Shown piece after piece: positions 34,001 to 46,081 of a stretch of 64,000 bases of DNA (position 1 is the stretch's first letter; each line of letters opens with the position of its first letter). Source of the stretch: Zygnema circumcarinatum SAG 698-1b (taxonomy: Eukaryota > Plantae > Zygnematophyceae); the NCBI GenBank assembly GCA_037447605.1, contig CM074812.1, positions 2,542,001 to 2,606,000 of the forward strand, given 5' to 3'. The translations under genes and the position numbers were made by a program. The notes below the pieces were generated by a model. It was not told where the DNA came from and searched no databases. It worked only from the letters and a program-made list of their open reading frames with translations.

Positions 34001-34104
34001 GAGAGAGGGAGAGAGAGTGGGAGAGAGAAGAGGTACCTTGGAGCGGAGATGCCCGACAGCCGTCCGTCCTCCGTCAGCACGTCCAAGTACTCCTCCGTCG
34101 CCAT
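20445..34104 (-). CDS. NUDT3: Nudix hydrolase - dipeptidyl peptidase III (M49) fusion protein
   Basis: Exons 34104-34037, 33289-33110, 32903-32826, 31376-31280, 29894-29761, [one exon missing, probably in gap 29299], 29056-28970, 28428-28313, 27850-27675 (frame conflicts), 26787-26534, 26088-26007, 25517-25452, 25202-25125, 24603-24508, 23777-23671, 22911-22743, 22399-22316, 21864-21770, 21460-21373, 20651-20445. Nudix box SAGHISAGDTSLATARRELEEELGV; zinc motif HECCHGIGPH; EEAKADIVGLW; RSVRFGLAEAHGKGQALQFN. Collinear with Arabidopsis NUDT3 as recalled. Confidence 0.95.
21031..21285. repeat. 18-bp minisatellite (GAGCGTCCAAAACCCTGA)n, about 14 copies, telomere-related core
   Basis: Visible 18-bp period; source of the spurious (RASKTL)n ORFs; lies in the last NUDT3 intron. 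Confidence 0.95.
21591..21727. other. Intronic inverted repeat: 59-bp arms, 7 mismatches, 19-nt loop
   Basis: 21591-21649 (gacttttgtcgttttgtgcactttgaatatggggaagg...ttttccgtt) is the reverse complement of 21669-21727 apart from 7 positions, aligned by hand. Confidence 0.9.
29088..29298. repeat. Telomere-type array (TTTTAGGG/TTTTTAGGG) running into an assembly gap
   Basis: Visible; begins about 30 nt from the acceptor at 29057. Confidence 0.9.
31790..32800. repeat. Purine-rich satellite with an ~160-bp higher-order unit in a NUDT3 intron
   Basis: The landmark AAGGAGACGA recurs at about 31876, 32039, 32198, 32358, 32519 and 32680. Confidence 0.8.
33282..33830. repeat. Telomere-type TTTAGGG array in NUDT3 intron 1, including a 151-bp tandem duplication that copies the acceptor site
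   Basis: The unit ctcgccgcctgccaccgaggattagg...tttggagtttaggg occurs at 33282-33432 and 33433-33583. Confidence 0.88.
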
Positions 34105-34574
34105 CTTCCTTAAACCCTGAAACCTAAATTCTTCTTAAGATATATGGAGGCCCTAAATCCTTGCAAAACCCCAAAAGTCAAATCCCTACGTCTGCACACG
34201 TGGCAGGTCAACCAACGGTTGGCTGGCGACCAACGAATGGCGCAGGACGTAGCCCTGACCTGTAGGGCGAAACAAGGCAACATAGAATCAATATACAGGC
34301 TCCTCACGTTAAAATGACCGTGTCGGTCCCCAGTGTTTTGTTCAACATTTCTCAAGTTTCACCTGGCTTGGAATTCTGGATTTGTTAACGGCAGAGTCCA
34401 GGGTAGTGTTGGACTTGATATCAGATATCAGACTTGTCAGATACAGTACTGTATCGACTTGACCGTACACATCAACTTGACCGTACACATGCTCACTATG
34501 GTTCGTACACACCTACCCACGTGACGACTGCCCAAAAAGTACAACGTTACAACGTAAAAAGTTCCCACATATTT

Positions 34575-35736
34575 GGAAAATGATACAGCCGCCCCACTTT
34601 TTGGATATCCGCGCCCCTTTCGGGAAAAATGTACTTTCATTTTGGCTAATCACGCCCCCCCCCCCTTGGATCTTTCGGGAGGAGAGATCTTGTAGACAAT
34701 CGGACCCCGCGCCTCGCGCGCAGGATCCGACCGTGCACCGACGTACGGCGCCGCGCATCGCGGCGCGGCCCGCGAGATGCGGCGAGCCAACGGAAACGGC
34801 ATGAAAAAAAAAACAAAAAAAAAAATAAACGGCATGGGGAACCGGAAGCAGGGATGTCCAATGGCAGACTGCAACGTGGCAACCTCGACCCAAATGGGTC
34901 AGGTGAGGACAACGTTTCCGTAGGCTCGCCGCATCTCGCGGGTGGGATCTCCAATGGCAGACTGCCACGTGGGACCTCTGACCCAAAAGGGTCAGGTGAG
35001 GACAACGTTCCCGTTGGCTCGCCGCATCTCGCGGGTGGGATCTCCAATGGCAGACTGCCACGTGGGACCTCTGACCCAAAAGGGTCAGGTGAGGACAACG
35101 TTCCCGTTGGCTCGCCGCATCTCGCGGGTGGGATCTCCAATGGCAGACTGCCACGTGGGACCTCTGACCCAAAAGGGTCAGGTGAGGACAACGTTCCCGT
35201 GGGCTCGCCGCATCTCGCGGGTGGGATCTCCAATGGCAGACTGCCACGTGGCAACCTCTGACCCAAAAGGGTCAACGTTTCCGTAGGCTCGCCGCATCTC
35301 GTGGGACCTCTGACCAAAAGGGTCAGGTGAGGACAACGTTCCCGTAGGCTCGCCGCATCTCACGGGTGGGATATCCAATGGCAGACTGCCACGTGGGACC
35401 TCTGACCCAAAAGGGTCAGGTGAGGACAACGTTTCCGCATTTCACGGGTGGGATCTCCAATGGCAGACTGCCACGTGGGACCTCTGACCCAAAAGGGTCA
35501 GGTGAGGACAACGTTTCCGTAGGCTCGCCGCATCTCGCGGGCCGCGCCGCGATGCGCGGCGCCGTACGTCGGTGCACGGTCGGATCCTGCGCGCGAGGCG
35601 CGGGGTCCGATTGTCTACAAGATCTCTCCTCCCGAAAGATCCAAGGGGGGGGGGCGTGATTAGCCAAAATGAAAGTACAATTTTTCCCGAAAGGGGGCGC
35701 AGATATCCAAAAAGTGGGGCGGTTGTATCATTTTCC
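34575..35736. mobile_element. Non-autonomous foldback / Mutator-like element with ~224-bp terminal inverted repeats and an internal 93-bp tandem array
   Basis: 34575-34798 and 35512-35736 are near-perfect inverted repeats (GGAAAATGATACA...CGGAAACG), with only a few mismatches or indels. Internal units recur at 34951, 35044, 35137 and 35230, plus truncated units. No transposase and no convincing target-site duplication, so the superfamily is uncertain. Confidence 0.75.
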
Positions 35737-35954
35737 CTAATGTTATTACAGATGTTTTTGGGGGCGACTATTTACAGTGTACGTTTTCTGAATGTAGTGT
35801 ACGTTTTCGGGGGGCAGCAAGAAAATCCTTTTTTTTGCTGCCCGTCGCTGTTTCATACTTTTCAGAATAGATACAGACCTTTTTTCGTTGGATGTACGGA
35901 TAGTGATTTGAAATGTACGAAGCGCGCGCGCCTACACGGTATAAGGGCGCAACA

Positions 35955-35973
35955 CGTGGAGCGACATGATTGG
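35955..35973 (-). promoter_or_regulatory. CCAAT-N9-CCACG (ERSE-type) element
   Basis: CGTGG-agcgacatg-ATTGG, exact spacing, intergenic. Confidence 0.5.
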
Positions 35974-36660
35974 TCGCGGCAACATATGACGTGACAGGGC
36001 CCTAAAAACCCTAAAAACCCTAAAATCCGTGCATTAAAACTGGTGTTTATTAGCGGGTTGCTTGCTTTGCCTTGGCTGGAAGCTGAGCAGGTTAACTCGT
36101 GGCCCATAGTAAAGTGGGTGGTGATAGTTGATAGTTGTTGTTTTGTGTTGTGTTGCAGAGTTCAATGGCTTTTTGCGAGTTTTTGCCACAAAGTTCCATA
36201 CATCCGAAGTGATTGATTTTTGGCAGCTACTTGTTGTTGCGAGAAAGATCACCCTAATCGACAAAGAGGAAGCTGCAGACAGGTCAGCCATTCAAATTAT
36301 CTCCAGCTCGCTGTTCCCGTGGAAACCAATTCCATTTAGTCAGTCAGGGCACTGACGACAGTTTATATGGAGTACTCATGACACTTTATATGCATTCAAT
36401 CTTCTCGCAGCAGCTTACATGGATTCAGTTAGCTTGACTATTGTAGATTTTTGGGGGCGAGAGTCGCGCTGGAAAGAAACTGATTTGCTTCTTCTGTACG
36501 GTCGGCGACTTTTCAGGACGAGATCATGAGGCAGTTCCTTCTTTTCATTGTGTGATAAGCCTCGGAGTGGTTGTCAATCTGTGCTTGCATTGACGTTTAT
36601 CCAGATGCGGCAATGAGATTCTTATTAGGAGCAACCGAGAGCAGAGGGAGGAGGCGCGGA

Positions 36661-37402
36661 AGAAGAAGAAGAAGAAGAAGTAGAAGAAGAAGAAGAAGAA
36701 GAAGAAGAAGACGAAGAAGAAGAAGAAGAAGAAGAAGAAGAAGAAGAAGAAGAAGAAGAAGAAGAAGAAGAAGAAGAAGAAGAAGAAGAAGAAGAAGAAG
36801 AAGAAGAAGAAGAAGAAGAAGAAGAAGAAGAAGAAGAAGAAGAAGAAGAAGAAGAAGAAGAAGAAGAAGAAGAAGAAGAAGAAGAAGAAGAAGAAGAAGA
36901 AGAAGAAGAAGAAGAAGAAGAAGAAGAAGAAGAAGAAGAAGAAGAAGAAGAAGAAGAAGAAGAAGAAGAAGAAGAAGAAGAAGAAGAAGAAGAAGAAGAA
37001 GAAGAAGAAGAAGAAGAAGAAGAAGAAGAAGAAGAAGAAGAAGAAGAAGAAGAAGAAGAAGAAGAAGAAGAAGAATAGCCAGTTGTGCTTGAAATGAAGA
37101 AGAAGAAGAAGAAGAAGAAGAAGAAGAAGAAGAAGAAGAAGAAGAAGAAGAAGAAGAAGAAGAAGAAGAAGAAGAAGAAGAAGAAGAAGAAGAAGAAGAA
37201 GAAGAAGAAGAAGAAGAAGAAGAAGAAGAAGAAGAAGGAAGAAGAAGAAGAAGAAGAAGAAGAAGAAGAAGAAGAAGAAGAAGAAGAAGAAGAAGAAGAA
37301 GCACAGAAGAAGAAGAAGAAGAAGAAGAAGAAGAAGAAGAAGAAGAAGAAGAAGAAGAAGAAGAAGAAGAAGAAGAAGAAGAAGAAGAAGAAGAAGAAGA
37401 AG

Positions 37403-37434
<32 letters not shown>

Positions 37435-37460
37435 GAAGAAGAAGAAGAAGAAGTAGAAGA
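36661..37460. repeat. (AAG)n microsatellite, about 800 bp, with few interruptions
   Basis: Visible; source of the poly-R/K/E/F/L/S ORFs. Confidence 0.99.
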
Positions 37461-37760
37461 TGAGAGTGACACGATGCATCTACTGAGTGTTGTAGAGTAG
37501 CTTCGGCATCAGCCCGCAAAAGCTTTTGCAGTAGCATGTTGGGAAGGTCCTTGGAGCTGCCCGAAGGCGCACACAGAGCTGAAAGAATTGAATAAACAAA
37601 AAGGAAAAAAGGTGAAATACTGCGTGGCAGCAGCGCAGCTGCTGTGTGTGTATGCTCACAATAAAATTTCAGGTACGTTTCTCGAGCAATCACCAGCGTA
37701 ATTGACTCACCTCTCATGTAGAACAGTTAGATTATGTTAGAGTAAGGGAGTGGGATACAG

Positions 37761-38004
37761 TGATGTAGTCTCCAATGCGTCACGTTTAACAATGTCGACG
37801 AGCTACTTTGACAGATACATAACTAGCATAACTGTTAGGTGTCTGTCATAGCTAGTCTACGGAGCTCGTAGGTGTATGTTGTAAGCATGTGACTGCATGG
37901 TCGTATGACCGCACTCTGACTGATTTCTAAGTCAATAAAGATGTTGGCTCATCCTCCCACCGCCCTAGTTATGCCGGTTAGTTGGCTGTAATTGTTGGAC
38001 ATCA
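37761..38004 (+). mobile_element. Possible LTR-like segment (TGATGT...ACATCA)
   Basis: 6-bp terminal inverted repeat, AATAAA near 37934, and a purine tract (AAGGGAGTGGGA) just upstream. No second LTR or pol sequence was seen. Confidence 0.3.
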
Positions 38005-38612
38005 ATTAACCTCACGACATATATTTACTTGTTATTTGATATGAGAATCTGTACTTCGAACTGCATGTATTCCGCATTTGGCAGTTGTCTGCTCGCCCCG
38101 TCCTTTCTCTGCGGTCTGCGGGATTTGCATGCCCTTTCGTTCTTTGCTATTTCTTCTTGTTGCACACAAAGCCTGACCCTATCAGGGTCGGCACTTCCCT
38201 TGCTTACCAGAATGCAGCGTGCGGCAGAGGACAGAAACAAGAGCAGGAAGGGTCAAAACGTTGCAAACATTTTCCTCAAGAGTGTGTTGCCTTTCACAGA
38301 CCATGGCTGCAGGTGGTCCTTCCCTTGGGGAAACCTGCAGAACTAAAAGCCGACTCGCTAGGGCACACACAGGCCCACAGGGCCTTCACAAGTAATCGTT
38401 AATGACAACACTTGCTGTCCGAGCACAAATGTGGGCCTTTTGAGAAAGGGGAAGAGAAATGGGAGAGAAGGGGGGGGGGGTGGGGGAGGAAGAGTGGTGG
38501 GGGGGAGAGAGAGGGGAAGGAGGGTGTCACAGAACATATTTTTATTTCATTGGGATTTTTTTACATAGAACACAGTCCGGCAGTTTTGTACAAATTAGGG
38601 TTTCCGTTATGT

Positions 38613-40268
38613 TTAGTTTTGGTTCTGTTCTATTGAACGGAGCTCCCAGTCCCCTTCGCCGTCTATGAGGCGCAGTTCCGTTGCATGGAACGGAATGAGC
38701 GCCGGCCGCTGCGGTCAACGAAACCACAACGCAACCACACAAAATCATTTCAGAATCTGTAGGGTTTTTCGAGATTTAGAGTTTTAGGGTGTTTAGGGTG
38801 TTTAGGGTGTTTAGGATTTTAGGGTTTTAGGGTTTGTAGGCTTTTCGGGTTTTAGGGTATTCAGGGTTTTAGGATTTTTAGGGTTTACCTGTGAGATCGT
38901 GACAACTGTCACGCCCAGCTGCTGGGCCGTTCGGTAGAGCCTCTCCTCCACGTCGACGCTCGTTGCACTGAAAACGGAACGGAACGGAAACGGCGGTCCA
39001 TGTGAGTGAGGACAAAACAACTCCGGTCACTAGAGCTCTGCTCTGTACGGAAAACCCTAAAACCCCTAAAACCCTAAAAAAACCCTACAATCCTAAAAAC
39101 CCTAAAACCCTAAAACCCTAAAGACCTAAAACCCTGCAGACCCTAAAACCCCAAAACCCTAAAAACCCCAAAAACCACAAAAACCCTACAACCCTACAAT
39201 CCTAGAACCCTAAAACCCTTAAAACCCTACAACCCTAAAGACCCTAAAACCCTACAGACCCTAAAAGCCCAAAACCCTAAAAACCCCAAAAACCACAAAA
39301 ACCCTACAACCCTACAATCCTAAGTGTCAAAACCTTAAAACCCTACAAACTTAAAAACCTAAAACTCCAAAACTTAAAAACCTGAAAGACCTACACTTGA
39401 ATCCTAACTGTGCGTATTTGCACTTTAAGCCTTCTAGGGTTCAGAACTGTGAAAGCCTCCCCCCCCCTTTTTTTTTTTGTAAAACGTTTCGTAGTTTCGG
39501 GTTTGAAGGATTTAAGGGTTTGAAGGATTTAAGGGGTTTCAGGCTTTTTAGGGTTTTAGGATTTTTTAGGGTTTCCTATGAGAAACTCACTTCGTGCACT
39601 CGTCCAGAATCCCAAATTTGGGTGCGTGGAAGAATAAGCGCGCCTGCACTCACAAAAGTTTTGGGAAAAGAAAAAAAATTTACATTCGTGGCCTCTGAAC
39701 GCAACATTCTACTTAGAAATTAAACCAGAAGACATTTAAAAGGAAACAAAAAAAATGGGAGGAGGAGGGGGAGGGGGAGGAGCAGAGAGAAGAACAAGGT
39801 GGCGAGGAGAGAGGAAAGGACGTGTGTGAGAGAGAGGAGACAGAGAGAGGGAGGAGGGACAGAGAACAGAGATGAAAGGGGGGTGAGAGAAAGAGAAGAG
39901 AGTAGAGAGGGAGGGATGAGAGGGAGAGAAGAGAGGGAGAGAGGGAGGAGAGAGAGAAGAGAGGGAGAGACGGAGGAGAGAGAGAAGAGAAGAGAGGGAG
40001 AGAGGTGGAGGGAGGGGAGAGAGAGACGAGAGGGGGAGAGGGAGAGGATGAGACAGAGAGAGCGCGAGTGAGAGAGGGAGGAGAGAGATGAGAGAAAGAG
40101 AGAGAAGAGAGGGAGAGAGAGAGGAGAGTGAGAAAAAGAGATGAGAAGAGAGAGGGCGAAGAGAAAGAAAGATGAGAAGAGAGGAGAGAGAGAGAGAAGA
40201 GGGAGAAGAGAGAGACAGCACGAGTGATAGAGAGAAAGAGAGAGCGAGCGAGCGAGAGCGAGAGAGTG

Positions 40269-40299
<31 letters not shown>

Positions 40300-43105
40300 G
40301 AGAGAGAGGGAGAGGACCGTAGTACCATGCCCAGGCGCTGCTGCTCTCCCAACGAGAGCACCTCCTCCCACCTCGCCTCCCTCTCCCACCCTCCCTCTCC
40401 CTCTCCCTCTCCCCCCCTCGCGAGAAGATACCGCAGCCGTACGGCCGCCAGGAGGCCCTCCAGCCGCCGGTCCAGCAAGGAAACATTTCCGGCGCCTGCC
40501 CCGCCAATCGCATCGCTCAGATCGCCTGCCCAGAGTCCCCCACCACCCCCCAAAAAAAAAAAAAAAGGGGGGGGGAGGGGGCGGGGGTGGGTTAGAGTTT
40601 CCGTTACGTCACGTCACATCACGATTGGAGAGAGCGGGTTGGAACGGGAGAAGACAAAAGGGAGGGTCTTCGTGGACTGTAACTGAAACTGATTGACAGA
40701 AATGGAACAGTAAAACTGTAAAAGTAACGTCAAAACATAGAACAGGAGTACTCAGGGACGTTTTGCTCCTTTTTCTCATTTTTTTTTTTTTTAAACAACA
40801 TTGAAACCGGAGTTAAGAAAACTATACTACAACTGAAGAATACCACCACCCCCCCCCCCCCTCTCACCCCCCCCCAAAAAAAAAAGAAAAAAAAAAGAGA
40901 GGTGGGAAGGAGAGAAGAGAGGAGGGAGAGCTCTCACCTCCTCCTTCTGCTTCGCTCTGCACTTTCTCCGAAGCTTCCCTGCATGTCAGCGGGTATATGA
41001 GCTGATCCCTTAGCGTGCCCTGCGCCATGTACGGCCGTTGCGGCACATAGAACACCCCCCGCCTCAGTTGGGGGGGGAGCCGTTCTATGTGGGCTCCGTT
41101 GGCTCCAGTTCCGTTAACCGTTGGGGCCAGCTGGTCGTCCCCTGGCTTGGACACGTGGCCTGACGCGAGTGGCCAGAGGCCGCCCAAAACGCGGAAAATG
41201 GAGCTCTTGCCACTGCCGTTGGGACCTGCCCGGAGACCGAAAAAAAACAAAAAAAAAAAAAAAAAAGGGGTGGGTGGAGGTGGAAAGATTTTTTTTTTTT
41301 TTTTAAGAAATCGATCAAAGCCGGGTGAGACGGTGTTCTTCAGCTGTGGTTTTTTTGTTTTTTTTTTTGGGTCAAATTTGACTGACTAGGTTAGCCAGAA
41401 AAAAGATCATTGGAATGAAAAGAATGAGGGGCAGGAGGGGAAGGAGGAGAGGGGGAAGAGAGAGAGTGGGGGGGAAGGGTGGGAGGGCAGACAGAGTGCG
41501 AGAGCGAGAGCGAGAGAGAGAGGGAGAGAGGGAGAGGGAGGGAGAGAGAGAGAACGGAGAGAAGTGCGAACGCAGCAAGTTGATGGGGGAAAGGAGGGAG
41601 AAAGATGCAGAGGGGGATTGAACAGAGGAATGGAAGAGAGAGTGGGAGAGTGGAAGGAGGTAAGAGAGAGAGGGGGAGAGAGAGAGAGATGGAGTGAGAG
41701 AGGGAGGGAGGGAGAGAGAAAGAGAGATGCAGTGAGAGAGAGCGGGAGGGAGAGCGTAGGAGAGAGATGTAGAGAGAGAGAGAGTGGGAGGGCGAGAGAA
41801 AGAGAGAGATGGAGCGAGAGAGAGAGAGAGGAGAGAGAGAGAGGGAGAGGACCTGTGACCAATAGGCTCTTGCCAGCTGGCACTGTGAGAGTGAGCTTCC
41901 TCGCCAACACTTTGTTGGACGGCGTCACAATGTCGACATTTCGGAACTCGATTTTGTCGTTTTGTGCGATCGCTGTTTCGCTTTCTGAACTGACCGCGTC
42001 TGCATAGAATCGATACCTCCCAAAAACGAAAAATCCAGGAAGGGAAAATGGTTTAGAAACCCAAAAAAAAAAAAAGGGAAGACAAATTTTCACTTCAGAG
42101 CCACACAAAATAAACCAGAAATTTCGGAAACCACTTCAAACTACAAAAAGTCAAGAAATAATTTTAGCCCCAGAAACCCCAAATTTCAAAAAAAAAACCT
42201 CAAACCCCACCAACCCCCTTAAATTCCCAATCCCTTAAACCCTAGGACACAAAATTCTTTGAAACCTAACCCTAAATCCCCAACAACACACAAAACCCCA
42301 AATCCCCAAACCCCTTAAACACTAGAATCCCCAATGCCTTAAACCCCAAACCCCAAACCCTAAACCATACCCCCTACCCCTTACCCCCCCCTACCCCCCT
42401 ACACCCTCCTACACCCCCCTACCCCCCCCNNNNNNNNNNCCCCCCCTATACCCCGTACCTGGTGCCAGCTGGCACGCCTCGAGCAGGTCGTGCAGTTCCA
42501 CCACGCGGTGGATCCCTCCCGAAAGTTCCAAAAATTTTCGGTACATTTCCAGAATGTCTCCGAATGCTAAAAAGCTCTGCGACACAACTGACGCAAGGAA
42601 CCGTAAATCGTGGGCCAAACGGCCCTCGGCCTTAACGGAGCCTTCAGTTCCGTTCCGTTCCAGGCGACGGAAATCGAGCGCATAGAGAAAGCTGAACCCC
42701 CAGGTCACATTGTGAGGGAGCTGCTTGGAAATAAATTCGTCGAAAATTCCAAAAATCCAACGCTTGCGGAGGAGGAGGTCCGCGTGCTGCAGTACGCCTT
42801 TGAAGCGGGATTCGATCACCTGAGAGAGGAAAACGACAGAATTTTGAGGGTTAAGGGTTGGGGTTTAGGGTTTAGGGTTTAGGGTTAAGGGTTTGGGGGT
42901 TGGGGTTTTATGGTTGAAAAGTTTTAGGGTTGAACGGACGTAGGGGTCTGAGGATTTGGGGATTTCGGATTTTCGGCGGTACGGAATAAGGGTTTTGGGT
43001 ATTTTGAGATTTTGGGAGATTGACATTAAACCCTTTACAATGAGTCATGACTTTATCAAGTGGGTGCCATCGTTCCTCGACCTCTCCCTTCTTCCCTCTC
43101 TCTCA

Positions 43106-43150
<45 letters not shown>

Positions 43151-46041
43151 CTGCTGCTCTCTCCCTCCTCCGCCAAAGAAGGCGACAGACTCCGCATGAC
43201 TCCGCAGGCGGGCGTGCATAAAGCTGCAAAAAGAACCAAATCGAAAAAAAAAAGGAGAGAGCTGAACGTTAGAACAACTTTTCCCTCTCTCTCTCTCACA
43301 CACACACTTTTACCTTTCTTCCCTCCTTCAATCTCACTTGATCACCACTTTAGAATATCTTTCAATCCACTAACTATTTCATTCTCCACCTGTTAAGCTC
43401 CCTCCCCCCTCCCCCCTTCCCTCCNNNNNNNNNNCCCTCTCCCTCTCCCTCTCCCTCTCCCTCTCCCTCTCTCCCTCTCCCACCGGAATGCCCCCTCCCT
43501 CCGCTGCTCCTCCGCGGCAAGTTCTGCGAATGGCGGCGTGACAGCTCGCAGGAGGCCGAGCCCCGTCAGCATGTAGCCGTACAGCAGAGCGACTCCGCGC
43601 ACACCCGTCAGCTTGCGCATCCGCCACGTGAACCTACCCCCCTCCCAAAAAGAAAAAAAAAAAAAATGTAGTTTAGAGAACGACATTACATATCATTGGT
43701 AATAATTTGTATGCATATATTTTTTTATTATAATTATAACGATGAATTACATGTAGTTGTACATGGGTTTGTTTTTTTCTCACCAGAGGATGTCCACGAG
43801 GGGCTTGATGAGGTTTGTGACGAGAGAGGAGAGGTCGCGGGAGAGCTTGTCCGTATCCTGGGAGAGCCTAGCGTCCACGTCAGCACCTAGGGACGCCACC
43901 TGGCACGCCTGGATTGGCCAGAAAACAAGGGACAGAAATTGGAGTTCGTTTCGGTTTTTCTTCTCCATGCATATGCGCCTGTACTCCCTTCCCCCTTTTG
44001 TCGCCCCCCTCTCTCTCTCTCTCTCTCTCGCTCTCTCACTCTCTCTCTCTCGCTCTATCTCTATCTGTCTCTCTCCCTCTCCAGTTGAGGACAGTTCGTG
44101 CTCCACTTGCTCGTCTCTCTACCACTTGTCCCTCCATTAACCCGCCTCTCTCTCTCTCTCCCCCTCACTCTCTCAAACTCTATCTCTCTCTCTCTCTCCC
44201 TCTCCCCTTGAGGCGAGTTCGTGCTCCACATGCTCGCCTCTCTAACTCTCCTCCCTCCTTGACTCCACCTCTCTCTCTCTTTCTCCCTCTCTTCTCCCCC
44301 CATCCTTTGAATTCCCTCATTTCCCTCTCTTGCGCGGTACAGAATATCCTTCCTATAAATACAAAAAAGGGATAGAACAGTAAACAGTACGGCTACCAAA
44401 GAGTCAGATGGAGGGGGAGAGAGGAGAAGAAGAAAGGGAGGGAGGAACGGGGAGGGAGACGGGAGGGACATAAGCAGACAGACAGAAAGTAAGTGCAAAG
44501 GGAGGGGAAGAGAGACAGAGCGAAGAAGAAAAAAAGAGAGGAAGAGAGAGAGAGGGAGGGAGAGAGAGAGAGAGACCTTATAGAAAGCGTTGTTCTGCAA
44601 GTAGAGTGAGAGCAGACGGTCCGTGAGACGCTGCCTCCATCCGAGCGCTACCAAAGCCGTCAGATGCCTGCAAGGAGGGAGGGAGGGAGGGAGGGAGGAA
44701 GGGAGGGAGGGAGGGAGGGCGGGAGGGAGGGAGAAAGGGAGGGAGGGAGGAGGGGAGGGGGAGGGAGGAGGGAGGGGAGGGAGGAGGGGGAGGGGGAGGA
44801 GGAGGGACGGGAGGGAGGGAGGAAGGGAGTGGGAGGAAAGGAGTGGGGGAAAGTGGGCGAGGGAAAGAGTGGAAGTGGGAAAGAGTGCGAAAGGTAAAGA
44901 GTGGGAGATGGAAACAGTAGGTGAGGTAGAGAGGGGGGAAGAGAGTGGGAGAAGGAGGGAGCGGGAGAGGCAGAGAAAACAGGCGAGGGAGGAAAGGGGG
45001 AGGGAGAGGGGAGGGAAATACATACAGGGCTCTCACATTTTCGAGCGAGAGGGAAAGGCAGCGAGTGGGATAGGGAGGGGAAAACGGCGAGACAAAAGAG
45101 GGAGGGACAGGGAGTCGGAGGGAAAGGGAGAGGAGAGAGGGAGAGGGTGGGAGTGAAGGAGAGAGAAAGGGAGTGAAAGGGAGTGAGAGGGAGCGAAAGG
45201 GAGAGAGGGAGGGAGAGGGAGCGAGTTGGAGAAAGGGAGTGAAATGGAGGGAGAGGCAGAGAGAGGGAGGGATAGGAGGAGAGGGAGGAAGAGGAAGGGA
45301 GTGAGAGGGATGGAGTGGGAGTCAGGGGATGGAGTGGAGTGAAAGGGAGTGAATGGGAGGGAAAGGGAGAGAGGGAGGGAGAGGGAGGGAGATGGAGAGA
45401 GGGAGTGAGCGGGAGGTAGAGGAAGCGTGGGTAGGATCGAGAGGAGAGTGAGAGAGGGAATGAGAGGGAGGGAGAGGGAGGGAGAGAGAGGGAATGAGAG
45501 GGTGGGAGAGGGAGGGAGAGAGAGGAGCACCTGAGAGTGGGCGCGATGACGGAGGAGGCGGCGCTTTGGAGGACGCTGACGGCGATGAGGCGGAGGAAGC
45601 CGCGGAGGTCTTGCTCTATCACGTTGGCAACGGTGGAGCCTGGGAGGGGGGGAGGGAGGGAGAGGGGAGAGGGAGGGAGAGAGAGGAGAGAGGGAGGGAG
45701 AGAGGGAGAGAGAGGAGAGGGGGAGCGAGAGAGGGAGAGAGAGGAGAGGGAGGGGGGAGGGAGAGAGAGGAGAGAGGGAGGGCGTGAGGGAGAGAGAGGA
45801 GAGAGGGAGGGGGGAGGGAGAGTGAGGAGAGAGGGAGGGGGGAGGGAGAGAGAGGAGAGAGGGAGGGAGAGAGGGAGTGAGAGGAGGGGAAAGGAAAGTT
45901 GGGTCGGAAATAATACGGTCTGGTGAGGAATGATTCGAATGAACGCCACTTTCTCTCAAGGAGGAGAAAATGGATTGGTTGGGATGGAGCGAAATGTAAG
46001 AGAGGGAGAGAGAGAGTGAGAGAGAAAGAGTGAGAGAGAAA

Positions 46042-46081
<40 letters not shown>

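Noticed and set aside
20445-34104. Nudix plus metallopeptidase domain fusion as a novelty
   Set aside because: The Nudix-DPP III fusion is an established plant protein type (NUDT3).
34852-35520. 93-bp and 78-bp arrays as CRISPR-like loci
   Set aside because: The units repeat in full with no unique spacers, there are no cas genes, and the context is eukaryotic.
36034-36291. Minus-strand ORF with TSDVWNF as a BED-finger transposase start
   Set aside because: The Cys/His ligands of a BED finger and any downstream transposase sequence are absent.
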